DNA of 64,000 nt, from assembly GCA_009859145.1 (NCBI GenBank), contig VRVR01000042.1, forward strand, positions 62,001-126,000, in the 5' to 3' direction. This DNA comes from Andalucia godoyi And28. Lineage: Eukaryota; Protista; Jakobida. The notes beneath the pieces were generated by a model. The model made no database searches and was not told the origin of the DNA. It worked only from the letters and a program-made list of their open reading frames with translations. Below, one piece after another: positions 38,809 through 49,489 of the stretch (within the stretch, counting starts at the first letter, position 1; every line of letters begins with the position of its first letter). The position numbers and the translations under genes are program-made.

Positions 38809-40422
38809 ATGTCTTCTCACCGTCTTTTCGGAACCTCAGTATCGTCGTTGCAGAATTCTGCAGTTTTTCGAATTCGAGGAGCTGTGCTGAAGGAGGATTT
38901 TGAGAATGCACACCGAATTTTCCAACATACCGTTCAAAAGTGTCGTGCGATTCGCAGTTCTGCGAATGTCACGTTTTCCCCGAAACAAAGTCTCCTATGT
39001 GCTGCCTCCACATACGCCAAGTTATCAGGGGACGATAAATATATATCAGAAGTGAAGAAGCTGGTATCATCATTTGGAATTCCGAAACTGCAGCACGCCT
39101 CTTCAATTGAATCAGAGTTGTTTCTTGCTTGCTCTCGGCAAGAATTTCATCTTGCCTGCAGCCTTCTTGACAAGCTGGAAGACAAGGCACCTGCTGTGAA
39201 AATTCTTTTGTCTGCTCTATCATCATCACTGATTAGTGTGTTCAACAACGAGAGCATACTCAATTCCGTGGGCAAACGGACAGCTGCGACAGTTGCCGGT
39301 TCACTGCGCGTTTCCGAGAACATGTCCTGGACTGATGCTCGAGAATTATACAAATCTGTGCGCGCTCATCATTCTTCCTTGTCGGAACAGATTGAAAACA
39401 CAGACATGATTGTTTTGTTTGCCGACGTCTTGCACAATTTGAACAGTCATCGAGACGTCTATGTGCAACGCATCGAATCATTTATTGTTGACCATCCACA
39501 AGCACAATATATGAACCTCTGGAGACAGTTTCCACTGCCTCTCATGAAATCCGTTCCTTCCTTACTTGATCGCCAAGTATTCGCTGGAATCATCAGGTGC
39601 TTGGAATTGTTGCGAGCTCCCTTGCAAACGAAATGTTCCGTTCTACGAGACGCCTCTCATAAGGCTGGGGGCATTTCCATTTGCACTGCATTATTCGATT
39701 CTAGTATGCAGCAGTTCCGTCAGATGCAAAACTCTGGGACCGAAGCTGTGAACGACGAGTTGCATACATTGTTTTCGTGTTTTCGGTTTTACATGCGTAG
39801 CATTGTGCGTGCTCGACGTTGGGAGGCCGCCTTAGAGCTTGTGGACCATTCTTTCTTGCAGCAGTCGGAGAGTTTAGACCTGTTAGGAACCCAGTTTTCC
39901 CTTGCATCGTATCTGATCAAACATTCCATTTTGCGACCGGATTTCAAGAATCAGTCCGTCTTCCCCGATCTGACTGCAATGTCTCGTGTTGCAAATGACA
40001 TGCTGAAACAGGCGTTCTTGTATCCGGCGGTGTATCCACATGCAATTGGACCTGGCAGCGAGATCTCCTCGGAACTTCAAAGTGGATATCCGTGGAGACG
40101 GACAGAAATGCTGTTGGTTCTGTTTTCATTTTACTCCAACACTGAAATCCAAGACTTCTCAAGGGCGATTGAAACACTTGATGTTCTGCGGACGAGCGCA
40201 TCTGCAGTTCAGCCATCCGAACGGGCATGTGCCAACCTCGTTTCCGGGGTTCTCCAACGGATGCAGACCGAAACTGCGCGATGTGCCGTGCATGAGAGGC
40301 TGCTTGCGGATCCGCAGAAGTTCCTGAGCGGTCCGCACTGGGACTACACATACCTTATGGATTCAGGAGCGGGCACGCGTTCTATTCCATCCTTATTCAA
40401 TTTTGAAGAAGACGAAGACTAG
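38809..40422 (+). CDS. Hypothetical alpha-helical protein
   Basis: 537-codon ORF; N-terminus is R/S-rich with few acidic residues (possible mitochondrial presequence); helical composition. Confidence 0.6.
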   Translation: MSSHRLFGTSVSSLQNSAVFRIRGAVLKEDFENAHRIFQHTVQKCRAIRSSANVTFSPKQSLLCAASTYAKLSGDDKYISEVKKLVSSFGIPKLQHASSIESELFLACSRQEFHLACSLLDKLEDKAPAVKILLSALSSSLISVFNNESILNSVGKRTAATVAGSLRVSENMSWTDARELYKSVRAHHSSLSEQIENTDMIVLFADVLHNLNSHRDVYVQRIESFIVDHPQAQYMNLWRQFPLPLMKSVPSLLDRQVFAGIIRCLELLRAPLQTKCSVLRDASHKAGGISICTALFDSSMQQFRQMQNSGTEAVNDELHTLFSCFRFYMRSIVRARRWEAALELVDHSFLQQSESLDLLGTQFSLASYLIKHSILRPDFKNQSVFPDLTAMSRVANDMLKQAFLYPAVYPHAIGPGSEISSELQSGYPWRRTEMLLVLFSFYSNTEIQDFSRAIETLDVLRTSASAVQPSERACANLVSGVLQRMQTETARCAVHERLLADPQKFLSGPHWDYTYLMDSGAGTRSIPSLFNFEEDED

Positions 40423-40461
40423 AGAAACCCCCTCTTCCCTTCCCTCCTAGAGAGCTGTTGT

Positions 40462-40782
40462 TCACATTCCAATTTTCTGTCGCTTCGGTTCGGGCATTTC
40501 AAATGCAGAAACTAGCTCTTCAAAGTGCTTGCGCTGTGACTCGGTATCTTCGAAACCGTCTTCCGCATCATCGTCTGTCTCCACTTTTTCGGGCATTGCA
40601 ATAGACGAGTACTGTGCAATAAATGTTGTTAACACGCTGTTCACAGCTACGCGCATCAAGTTCGCACTCTCTTGCAGGCGAACAATACCCGACGACAGAA
40701 TGGGCTTGTCATCCGGAAGTCGCACTTGGGAAATGCCATCGGGAGCCACTACAAATCCCCGGACAACAGGCACTAGACTCAT
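40462..40782 (-). CDS. Small protein, candidate GON7 (KEOPS/EKC subunit)
   Basis: 106 aa: VRGFVVAPDG hairpin, one long amphipathic helix, acidic DDDAEDGFED tail and terminal PEPKRQK. Confidence 0.5.
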   Translation of the reverse strand: MSLVPVVRGFVVAPDGISQVRLPDDKPILSSGIVRLQESANLMRVAVNSVLTTFIAQYSSIAMPEKVETDDDAEDGFEDTESQRKHFEELVSAFEMPEPKRQKIGM

Positions 40783-41169
40783 CAGATCCAAGCTACTCGG
40801 GAGAGACCGATGGAGACCGATGGAGACGAATGGAAGCAAAATCTCCCAATACCCTTTTGGATTTTTTGAATTTGGTTTTGCAAATGTGTGTGGGAGAAGA
40901 TGAGGTGTTTTCTTTTTTGTTTTTTCGCATTTAACGGATTGGAATCACTTGATGCAAGCTGCCTCGGGCTTTCTTTGCAGTTTTTTGCTGCTTGTTAGCC
41001 TAACGAACCTGAAATCCGGCACAAAGCTAACCCTAGCTCCCCAATAGCCATTTTTTCCCCTGCAAGCCCAGTTTTTTTTTCCTTTGCTCAATTTTTCAAT
41101 TTTGTTCGTCTCGAATCTGGTTTTTTTCTTTTTCTTTTTGTTGTGACCGAGCACCTATACTCCTCAAGC

Positions 41170-41805
41170 ATGGCAGACAAGAGCACTAAGTTGGAGGAAC
41201 TTAAGAAGAAGCGTACCTTCCGCAAGTATTCGTTCCGTGGAGTCGAACTCGACAACCTCCTGGATCTCAATGACGAGCAGTTTGCCCAGATGCTTACTTG
41301 CCGCCATCGCCGAAAGTTCAACCGAGGCGTCAAGCTTGGAGTGCAGACCCTTCTGAAGAAGTGCCGCAAGTCCGTATGTGTCTTTTTTCGTTTTTCTTTC
41401 TTTCTTTTTTGCAGATTGTCAACGAGATGACATACTATATGGGAATCTCTCTGAGTCTTTTGATGATTACTTTTACTTCTGATTGGCAAATCTGTTTCTG
41501 GTTTTTGTTTATGAACTTGGTTACTGATGAGGTGTTTTGTTTTTCCACATGTTTAGAAGAAGGACCTCAAGATTGGTGAGAAGCCTGAGCCCGTGAAGAC
41601 TCATCTTCGTAACGTTACCATTGTTCCCGATATGATCGGCTCTGTCATCGGAGTGTACAACGGAAAGGGTTTTGTTGCAGTCGATGTCAAGGCAGACATG
41701 CTCGGATACTACCTTGGTGAGTTCGCACTTACCTACAAGCCTGTCGGTCACGGTCGTGCTGGTGCCGCTGCCACTGCCGCCGCCGCCAAGTTTATGCCGG
41801 TTTAA
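41170..41805 (+). CDS. RPS15: 40S ribosomal protein S15 (uS19), two exons 41170-41373 and 41557-41805
   Basis: [20 protein letters not shown]...; intron GTATGT...TTTAG (41374-41556); exon 2 [12 protein letters not shown]...GVYNGK...[14 protein letters not shown]. Confidence 0.97.
41414..41493 (+). ncRNA. Intronic box C/D snoRNA (U79/SNORD79-like guide plus second guide)
   Basis: Terminal stem gattgtcaa/ttggcaaatc, C box (A)GATGA ~41426, guide TGGGAATCTC + D' CTGA 41451, C' TGATGA 41461, guide ACTTTTACTT + D CTGA 41479. Confidence 0.8.
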
Positions 41806-42189
41806 GAATGTTTTAGATTGGTTCTGTTTGTAAATCAAGCGTTTTCTTTTCTTTTCGTCGTTGTGCGCGTGCTCTTTTCTTCTTTTCTTCGTTCACATTT
41901 TCCTTTTGGATGTTGCGGGGCGTGCTCTCCGTCTCGGCCTTGCAGTGCATTGCACAACCGACGCATCGCATTGCAGCTCGGTCATCCATTACTGAGCGGT
42001 GATTGGGGGAGGTGATGCGGGCCATTGGCCCATTGCGACCATTTGCAAGCGGCCAGCAGAGAGCTGCTCTCCCTACTGTAGTCAAACGAAAACGGACCGC
42101 TCGCCAAATCATGAATCATTATTGACCACCGGATAAGGACAGATCCAAGCCACATGCCTTTTTGTTTTGTTTTTCATTTGAAGGCGAGC

Positions 42190-42572
42190 ACCAACTCTTC
42201 AATGCAGTTTGCACTGCATCAAAGGGTCATCGCAGCCAGCATATTCTCCCAGTCGATTCAACATTCATAAAGGAACGTTGGAGGAACAGAATGTAGTCGG
42301 CGAACGACGCCGCGCCTGACGACGCTTTTGTCTTTGCTCCTTCTTGTTCTCTGACTTGAAAAAAAAGTGCATTCCGAACGCAATTCGATCTCACATCTTC
42401 GTGATGTGATGATCATCGGCTTGCTCAGCAAGTTGCGACGAGAGGGGAATCAATGGGTTTCTTGGCTCTCGGTATCTCCGGGCACGGCCGGTTTGAGTTT
42501 GCTGGGAAGACTCCTCTTTGGAGCCATGAGATGTGCCTCGTCTCTGATGAAAGGTGCTGCTTGAGGGTTCGA
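42190..42572 (-). repeat. Dispersed repeat, copy 2 (related to 17-205)
   Basis: Two colinear blocks match window positions 17-149 and 175-200, separated here by about 190 extra nt. Confidence 0.85.
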
Positions 42573-42808
42573 TAAAAGACAAACAGAAAATAATTGAATG
42601 AAAGAAGAAAAAAATGTGAAGAATGAAGAAAATTCTGGACTTGACTACGGTAGGAAACATTGTACTGTTTGATGCTCAATGTTGATACACAAAACGGTCA
42701 ACCGTTGTTGATATCTGATTTTTCCCCTCCGGTTTCCGCCACCAGTCAAATTATTTATTTCTCCCTCCCTTCCTTTTTTGTGTTTTATTTATCGATTTAG
42801 AAAGCTAG

Positions 42809-43786
42809 ATGACGTCCAAGACAGCCTTGCAGTTCGCCCCTCCAGCAACCATAGCGGTCGATAAACAAGAACCACAGACACCGCAGAGCGAATCCTCTGG
42901 CGGCGGTCCTCGCTCCCCGACGCTGAGACTTGTTCAGCTGCAAGAAGAGGAGACGACTTTGGTGAACCGTATCGACGAATCCGAACAAGCAGGAAAGTTT
43001 ATTGATGCTCAGAGCGCGATTACACGTCTTAAAGAAGTTCGTATTGGAATTGTGAAGCTTCAACAGGAGATTTTGTCGTTGGAGTATGACAAAAAGATGG
43101 GTGAGCTGCGATCCAAGCAGCAAGAGGAAGTTGCTGCCTTCCTTGCGGCTTGGGACAGAAAAATGCGAGATTTTGATTGCCAAAGTGAGCGCATTCTTGA
43201 AGCAGCGAAGGAACGCCTACGAGCAGAGTATGAAGAAATAGAGAAGCAACACGTTCACCGATCAGAGTCGGAAGCCCAAACACCGCGTTATTCGGGCAAA
43301 ATTCTTTCCATGAAGAAGTCTCTTGAGCTGCTTGTGAGAAATCGGGACTATCTCGGAGCAGAGAACATGAGAAGATGCATTCTGGAAGCCGAGAAGCAGG
43401 AATTGGCGCGCAATTCGGCGTCGAACAAGGATGCCTTGCAGCGAAAAATGTCGGCAATTGTGCTCAAGCAGAAGACGGAGATGAAAGCTCTTGCGCAAAG
43501 AATCAAGATTGGAAAAGATGATCTCCTCAAGCAGAGGAGAGATGAATTGGACCGATTGCTCAAATCTCACCAGATTGTGCTTCAGGAAATCGAATCTGCA
43601 AAGAAGGTTGGCGAGGCCAAGACTGCGATTGTTCTGGATCGACAGGGACATGCCGTGGCGACCACACCACGCAGACTTGCTTTTGATGGATCCTTGTTTA
43701 GCAAAGCACCTGCGTCTCCCCGACCAGTTTCTCTCGACGTTTCTCAACGAACCGCTGCCCGCCCGCAATCCGCCAAGACTCGTTGA
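42809..43786 (+). CDS. Coiled-coil hypothetical protein
   Basis: 325-codon E/K/R/Q-rich heptad ORF with motifs F...WD.KM..F and S..IL..KK..E.L....DY..AE. Confidence 0.75.
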   Translation: MTSKTALQFAPPATIAVDKQEPQTPQSESSGGGPRSPTLRLVQLQEEETTLVNRIDESEQAGKFIDAQSAITRLKEVRIGIVKLQQEILSLEYDKKMGELRSKQQEEVAAFLAAWDRKMRDFDCQSERILEAAKERLRAEYEEIEKQHVHRSESEAQTPRYSGKILSMKKSLELLVRNRDYLGAENMRRCILEAEKQELARNSASNKDALQRKMSAIVLKQKTEMKALAQRIKIGKDDLLKQRRDELDRLLKSHQIVLQEIESAKKVGEAKTAIVLDRQGHAVATTPRRLAFDGSLFSKAPASPRPVSLDVSQRTAARPQSAKTR

Positions 43787-44175
43787 GGAAATGTCATTTT
43801 GGCTAGCGACTGATTATAGTTTCAGTCTATGTATTCTTGACTTTTCTCGTATCAGGGGCTTTCTTCGAGTCTCAGAAATGTAAAGTAGTGTTATTGCGGT
43901 CTTATTGTCACTTTTGCAACGGATCGTGCCTTTTTTTTGTTGAAAAAGTCCGTAATCCACCGAGGGGTGACGGCGTCTCACTTCTTCAAGTCTCGACAGA
44001 AGTGTTTTCTTCTTCCGTCTTTTCTTTGCACGCCTCCTGTCCCGACTTCATTTGTCCGTTCTCTCCAACATCCAACATTCAGCACTGACCTCCCAAGGAT
44101 TTCAGTATCTCATAATATACTGATCCTGCGTGTTATTCTGCTGATCCGAGTTTCGACGAATCAATGTTTTGAGAA

Positions 44176-45381
44176 ATGATCTACACGGAAACGCCGGAAA
44201 CTGAAGCTTCGGGATCGTTTCATGGTGACGACAGCTTGTCTTTGCTGCCTTCTTCATCGGATCTGCTGTCCGATCAGGACGCAAGTCTGCCTCACGACCT
44301 ACCGCTCCCTTCGGATGCCAGTTTTTATGAGACCGAGCAGAAAACCAAGATCTCTTCGTACTCCTATGTCTTGCTCTGTGTGTCACTGCTTGCGGTCTCG
44401 TCTGCGGGGGTGGTGTTCCTCTTGATCCGCGACGTGTCGCCTTTCTTGCGGGCGGCGTGGCGTATGCAAGTGACGTCGTTTGCTCTGCTTCCGCTGACGA
44501 TGTACAATGCGGCTACGTTCTTTTGCTCAAAATCATCTTCTGGACCCGAATTGCGATACAGAGAGTATCGACTTGATGACCACGAGGACATTTTCGATGA
44601 CCGATCATCGCCTGTCGCAAAAGCCACCGCAGTTACATTTTTGTCAAAGTTGTCTCTGGTTTTCTTGACTGTGCTGAGTGGCGTTGCACTGGGTCTTCAT
44701 TTTGGGACCTGGATCTGGTCACTTGACCACACATCCTTGTCTGCATCCCTCCTGTTTGTGACCGCACATCCCATTATTTTATCGCTGTACAAAATGGCAA
44801 AGCAGCATTACTGGGATTCAAAGGAGTTTGCTGGATGCTGTATTGCGATGATTGGGCTTGTCATTACTTGTCTGGACGGCCTGCTTGAGGATGACTCCGA
44901 AATCACCTTCTCCGGGAACCTTGTGGCGTTTGCTGGTGCTGTACTCATGGCCGTCTACCTCACAATTGGCTCGGCGGTTCGGCCGCAAATTCCAAAACTT
45001 TCGTTCTACGTGTTTCCCATCAACTTCATCGCAATGACAGTGCTGTGGATTGCTTCCTGCGCTGCCGAAGTGCCCTGCGTGGCCTGCCTGGGGGAGTGGA
45101 CAAGTCCAACCAACCGCATGCTTGCAGTGCTTTATCTGGGACTTGTGCCCGGCATTCTCGGGCACACGATCATCAACTTTTTATTGAAACGAGTCCCCCC
45201 TTTGATGATTTCTGTCACTCTCTTGTTTGAACCACTGATTGGCTCTGTGATGGGCTGGGTTGCAGGAGTCTCGCCGGTCCCGGGGCCTTTTACGTTGATA
45301 GGAGGGCCGATTGTGCTGGCGGGGTTCGTTGTCGTTAACGTTCGTATGTCGAAGCATGATGCCCCGTCAGCTGGTACTTGA
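44176..45381 (+). CDS. EamA/DMT superfamily transporter (paralog of 12459-13991)
   Basis: AAWRMQ, LHFGTWIWSLDHTSLSASLLFVTAHP, GNLVAFAGA, GILGHTIIN, LLFEPLIGS. Confidence 0.9.
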   Translation: MIYTETPETEASGSFHGDDSLSLLPSSSDLLSDQDASLPHDLPLPSDASFYETEQKTKISSYSYVLLCVSLLAVSSAGVVFLLIRDVSPFLRAAWRMQVTSFALLPLTMYNAATFFCSKSSSGPELRYREYRLDDHEDIFDDRSSPVAKATAVTFLSKLSLVFLTVLSGVALGLHFGTWIWSLDHTSLSASLLFVTAHPIILSLYKMAKQHYWDSKEFAGCCIAMIGLVITCLDGLLEDDSEITFSGNLVAFAGAVLMAVYLTIGSAVRPQIPKLSFYVFPINFIAMTVLWIASCAAEVPCVACLGEWTSPTNRMLAVLYLGLVPGILGHTIINFLLKRVPPLMISVTLLFEPLIGSVMGWVAGVSPVPGPFTLIGGPIVLAGFVVVNVRMSKHDAPSAGT

Positions 45382-45612
45382 CTTAATTAGAGGATCGCTT
45401 GTTAGAGCGTCTTTTTCCCTCATCATTTTTTTCCCTGGTGAGCCTAGGGTTAACAGGGTTTTGGCGCACGCATTCCTTGAAGGGCATTAATTTCCTGCGT
45501 TTTGCCTTTTCTTCATGCCTTGTCTCTTTTATCTCGTTCGATTCCTCTTGTTCGGATAGATTTCGAGTGTTCCTGCCCGCCGTGCTTAGATCAGTCACTC
45601 GTCTCCCTTATC

Positions 45613-45948
45613 ATGAAGACCCTCTCTGCGTATCTCCTTTGCATGCTCGGTGGCCAGAAGCAGCCTACTGCTGAGTCCGTCAAGAAGGTTCTTGCCTCAG
45701 TCGGAATCTCCGCTGATGAGGACCGCATTAACACTTTGATCTCCGAGCTTAAGGGTAAAGACATCGAGGCCGTTATTGCCCAGGGTAAGACCAAGATGGC
45801 ATCTGTTGCCGTTGCCGCCGCCCCTGCCGCTGCTGCCGCTCCAGCCGCCGCTGCCGCCCCCGCCAAGAAGGACGACAAGGCCGCCAAGAAGGTTGAGAAG
45901 AAGGAGGAAGAAGAAGATGGTGATATGGGATTCGGTCTCTTTGACTAA
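45613..45948 (+). CDS. RPLP2: 60S acidic ribosomal protein P2
   Basis: AYLL..LGG...[17 protein letters not shown]...LISEL.GKDI, Ala-rich hinge, [14 protein letters not shown]. Confidence 0.97.
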   Translation: MKTLSAYLLCMLGGQKQPTAESVKKVLASVGISADEDRINTLISELKGKDIEAVIAQGKTKMASVAVAAAPAAAAAPAAAAAPAKKDDKAAKKVEKKEEEEDGDMGFGLFD

Positions 45949-46240
45949 ATTCTAGATGAAGTCATTCCTGTCATGCGTCGGATGGACTGCATTCGCATTC
46001 TGACGGCGGTGTTTCGTTTGTAAACGTCTAGATTGTTCCAGGTGTTTTTTAATTTTTTATTATTACCAGGGTGCTTCTCGCCTCCCCTCCTCTCGTGTTC
46101 TCGCTGTCGCTGCGTGTCGGTCTTTCGATCGCGCTCCATTTTCTACACAAGTGCACCAAACGGGGCAGCCACCAGCACTTCTCTTGACACACAAAGAACG
46201 AGGCCTTTCTCCATTTCATTAACAGACTTTTAAAAAACAA

Positions 46241-48139
46241 TTATTGCTGATCCTTAATCGAGGATGATCCTTGTGCCCAGGCATTTTGAACCGGACGAGA
46301 TGCCGGTCTTCCGGGAACGTACATGTTCCATTTGCCTGTTTTCGACTTTCCATTGTCCTTTTGTTGGAAGGAATTCCTGTCGTGTGGAGACGAATTCGTA
46401 CTCGAAGACGGCGCAACCGCAAGAGAAGGGAAGTCGGAAGCAGAATGAAACACCGGATACGAACCTTGGGGATCCGCAGCGGAAGAAGACGGTGCAGTGC
46501 TCTTACCAACCACCTGTGACACCCATGGAGACGGCGACTTGCCAGCTTCCGAATTCGAATTCTTCCCGGCTAAGGTAGGCCACGCATCTATGTTGGAAGA
46601 CGTCGCTCCTGAGCGAACGGTATTCCCCCAAGGCCCAGAAGTTGACTGTTGCGCGACAGAGCTGCCAGTCGATGAATTGGTTGCAACGACTGAAGGAGCC
46701 AAAGGAGGATGGTCCGCAAGACGAAGAACAGCGATCCCTTCTCGAGCCCGCTGTTCGCGTTCTCTGCCCTTCAATTCCTTCTCACGTTCCTCCTCGATAA
46801 CAAACTTCAGGTCGCCTCGTTGCTGCTCATTGGGACAGCTGTCAGCAAGGTCTCTCAGGATTTCAAAAGAAATTCTTCCATCAAACGACTCCTGCACAGC
46901 CTTGAGGAAGGTGAGAGCATTACGAACACCCCGTCGGTAGTCGGCCGCAAAAGCTTGAAATCGCTTAAATTTTGCTTCATCGTTGTCAAGAGCGCTGCGA
47001 ATCTTCTGCGACAATGAAGAGCTACCGTCTGCATCTGACGTTGCACTGTGGGGTCCTGCACTGTTAGAAGAAGCTGTGGCGGTTGAACGTTTCTTGTGAG
47101 ATTTGGAAGACGGGGCAACAGCATCTCGCGACTGGGACTCAAAGTTTCGCGCAGACGCATCCTGAGGAGTAAATCGATCTCCCGCTACAGGTGGCTGCCG
47201 AGACATCATGGATCGATGAATGTCTTCGCGGGACCGCATGGGCATGTTCAGATTCGCTACCGACGTCAGATCTACAACATCGTGGCTATTTCGATTTGTT
47301 CTCCTCTCACGCCGTCTTTGAGAGTCATCGGCCGAGTCGGAAGACGATACGATAAATCCCAAATCCAACTTGTTTCCAACACGTCCTTCATCATGGACAA
47401 CAGCCATGTGCGTACGCAAATCAGCTTCCGACGCAAACACACTGAACTTGTCATCCTGACAGCTCTTGACTGGGCATGGAAAGTGATCCTCATTAAAGTG
47501 CTTTTCAAGCTCCGGAAAGCCTCTAAAGTACAAGAAGTGTACATTCTGTCGTTGGCATAGGAAACACTGCTCATGCTTTCGGTTCATGTGCTCAAACAAC
47601 TCATCCTCACTATAAAAATATTCTCTGCAAAACTTGCACTGGGGATGACCCTTGAAGGACGTTTGCACAGACTCATCTCCACGATTTTTGTGATGATTCA
47701 ATTCCCGGTCATTGAACAAAGGAAGTTCGCAAATGAATTTCTTTGACGAGCGAGCACACAATTCGCAGTACTGTTTGTGGTGCACAGCCTTAACATGATG
47801 CTTGAGACCCTGCACACCCTCTTGCTTCTCGTGGCACTCTGGACAAGCAGTAGACTTGAGTTCCTTCACCAGATCAAAAATCTCTCTCGAGTTGCAGTAA
47901 ACATTAAAGCTGCGCTCATGAATGAGGGAGGGCAGTTTGTATGATGCAAAGAGTGCAGATTTGTCTGCAGAAAGCACCACAACAGGAAGATCTGCCTTGC
48001 AAATGCAGCATTTCGTATCTCGAGATAGGATGCGAAGACGAAGTGAACACTTGTAGCAAACTGAATGGTGGTTGCATGGTCCGACAGACACGATGCTCAT
48101 TTCCTCACAGCAAACAGAGCAGTGTGTAAGGTCTTCCAT
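46241..48139 (-). CDS. ZNF598: ZNF598/Hel2-like RING E3 ligase (ribosome quality control)
   Basis: CSVCC..M......PCNHHSVCYKCSLRLR.L..D..C.ICK, multiple C2H2 fingers (GHPQCKFC...FY..DELFEHM...HEQCFLC; LEKHF...HF.C....C...KF.VF....DL..H....H). ATG at 48139. Confidence 0.92.
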   Translation of the reverse strand: MEDLTHCSVCCEEMSIVSVGPCNHHSVCYKCSLRLRILSRDTKCCICKADLPVVVLSADKSALFASYKLPSLIHERSFNVYCNSREIFDLVKELKSTACPECHEKQEGVQGLKHHVKAVHHKQYCELCARSSKKFICELPLFNDRELNHHKNRGDESVQTSFKGHPQCKFCREYFYSEDELFEHMNRKHEQCFLCQRQNVHFLYFRGFPELEKHFNEDHFPCPVKSCQDDKFSVFASEADLRTHMAVVHDEGRVGNKLDLGFIVSSSDSADDSQRRRERRTNRNSHDVVDLTSVANLNMPMRSREDIHRSMMSRQPPVAGDRFTPQDASARNFESQSRDAVAPSSKSHKKRSTATASSNSAGPHSATSDADGSSSLSQKIRSALDNDEAKFKRFQAFAADYRRGVRNALTFLKAVQESFDGRISFEILRDLADSCPNEQQRGDLKFVIEEEREKELKGREREQRAREGIAVLRLADHPPLAPSVVATNSSTGSSVAQQSTSGPWGNTVRSGATSSNIDAWPTLAGKNSNSEAGKSPSPWVSQVVGKSTAPSSSAADPQGSYPVFHSASDFPSLAVAPSSSTNSSPHDRNSFQQKDNGKSKTGKWNMYVPGRPASRPVQNAWAQGSSSIKDQQ

Positions 48140-48489
48140 TCCTATTCTTCTTTGTAAAATATAACCAGCCTTGGGGATTCGGTTTCGACACAAGTACTTT
48201 GAAGCGGTGTAGCGAAAGGGGGAAAAAAAAGAAAACGGAAGCAGAAGTTGTAAAGCACGCAAAGCTATGAGATTTTCAGACTATAGAAAATCTGCAATCC
48301 AAAACACGCCTTTCCCCTTTGTTTTTGCTTTCTCATAATGATTCACATTGGCAGCATCAAGGCTCAAGCACCCCGAGTGTTCAAGTCGCTCGAGCACTGT
48401 CAGATGTCAAGTCCGATTCTAGACCATTCGAACCTTCCATTTCGGCTGTCAAAAGAAACTGCGAGCTCGGAGCGTTTGGAGTTCAAAGA

Positions 48490-48572
48490 CAAGGAGGCAA
48501 GGAGGCAAGGAGGCAAGGAGGCAAGGAGGCAAGGAGGCAAGGAGGCAAGGAGGCAAGGAGGCAAGGAGGCAA
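48490..48572 (+). repeat. (CAAGGAGG)10 tandem octamer
   Basis: Ten perfect units between divergent genes. Confidence 0.95.
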
Positions 48573-48686
48573 AGGGATAAAGGAAACTCGCTGAGCATCC
48601 CAGATTATCCGGTGTACTGTTGTGAAATACGGAAACCGCACTGGCCGAATGAATAGAACAGTGATCGTGAACGGGCGGAGAGTAGA

Positions 48687-49424
48687 ATGAAGGTGATGAT
48701 GTTTACATTTATTCGCAGACGTTCTGCGTTGTTCTGGCTGACGGTATTGTGTGTCGTTCAAATTGCACTCGTTGCTGTTGCGTTGGGGACTTCGCAATGG
48801 TTTGTTCGCGCGTCTTTGAAACCAATGAGCTCAAAAGCGAATGTTTACGAGGCGGACGACGGTTCTCGGGCGCAAAATCAAGCGATCGGTGTTTTTCGAG
48901 GACAGTCGAATCTCGGTTCATCAGAGCTCATTTCCACGACATTGGCAATCGACAATATGAAATCCAATTACGATTCTTTGTTTGAACGCGGTGTCTTGGA
49001 CAGCGATTCGTTGCTGAATGACTGCGATCGGATCCGCGATGCTTCTGTTTTCGCCATTGTAATGTGTCTTGCGGCAATTGTTTGCTGGGTTGCGACCCTT
49101 GTCTTTATTACCATGTCGCACTTCATCGTGCGTCTGAACCACATCAAGGTGTCTTTGCTTGCCTCTCTGACGCTTTTTACTTCTCTAGTGATTGTTCTCA
49201 TTACTCTCATTATTTATAGCGGAATGTTTCCTCGTAGAATATACTCTTTTGTGCAGGTTTCCACGAATATTCCAGTACAGGTCGATTTTGACGATGTGTT
49301 CTTTGCTGGTTATTCGTTTTATCTTGTTTGCGTCGCCTTCTTCTTGTCTGCAATCTCATCCACTATCGCATACGCATGGTATCGGAACCACATTTGGATC
49401 AGTAAGGGATCTCCCCTTCAGTAA
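48687..49424 (+). CDS. Four-TM membrane protein (claudin/PMP22-like topology)
   Basis: TM1 followed by ALGTSQW, extracellular loop with Cys, three more TMs, GYSFYL before TM4. Confidence 0.7.
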   Translation: MKVMMFTFIRRRSALFWLTVLCVVQIALVAVALGTSQWFVRASLKPMSSKANVYEADDGSRAQNQAIGVFRGQSNLGSSELISTTLAIDNMKSNYDSLFERGVLDSDSLLNDCDRIRDASVFAIVMCLAAIVCWVATLVFITMSHFIVRLNHIKVSLLASLTLFTSLVIVLITLIIYSGMFPRRIYSFVQVSTNIPVQVDFDDVFFAGYSFYLVCVAFFLSAISSTIAYAWYRNHIWISKGSPLQ

Positions 49425-49489
49425 TATAGAAAAAAATAATAATCGCACTATTATAGTTTAAACGTTCTGCACACTAGTCTCTCGGTTCA

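Noticed and set aside
45950-46015. C/D-like boxes (AGATGA...CTGA) just after the RPLP2 stop
   Set aside because: Only about 8 bp complementarity to SSU rRNA, no terminal stem, and a position that fits an ordinary 3' UTR.
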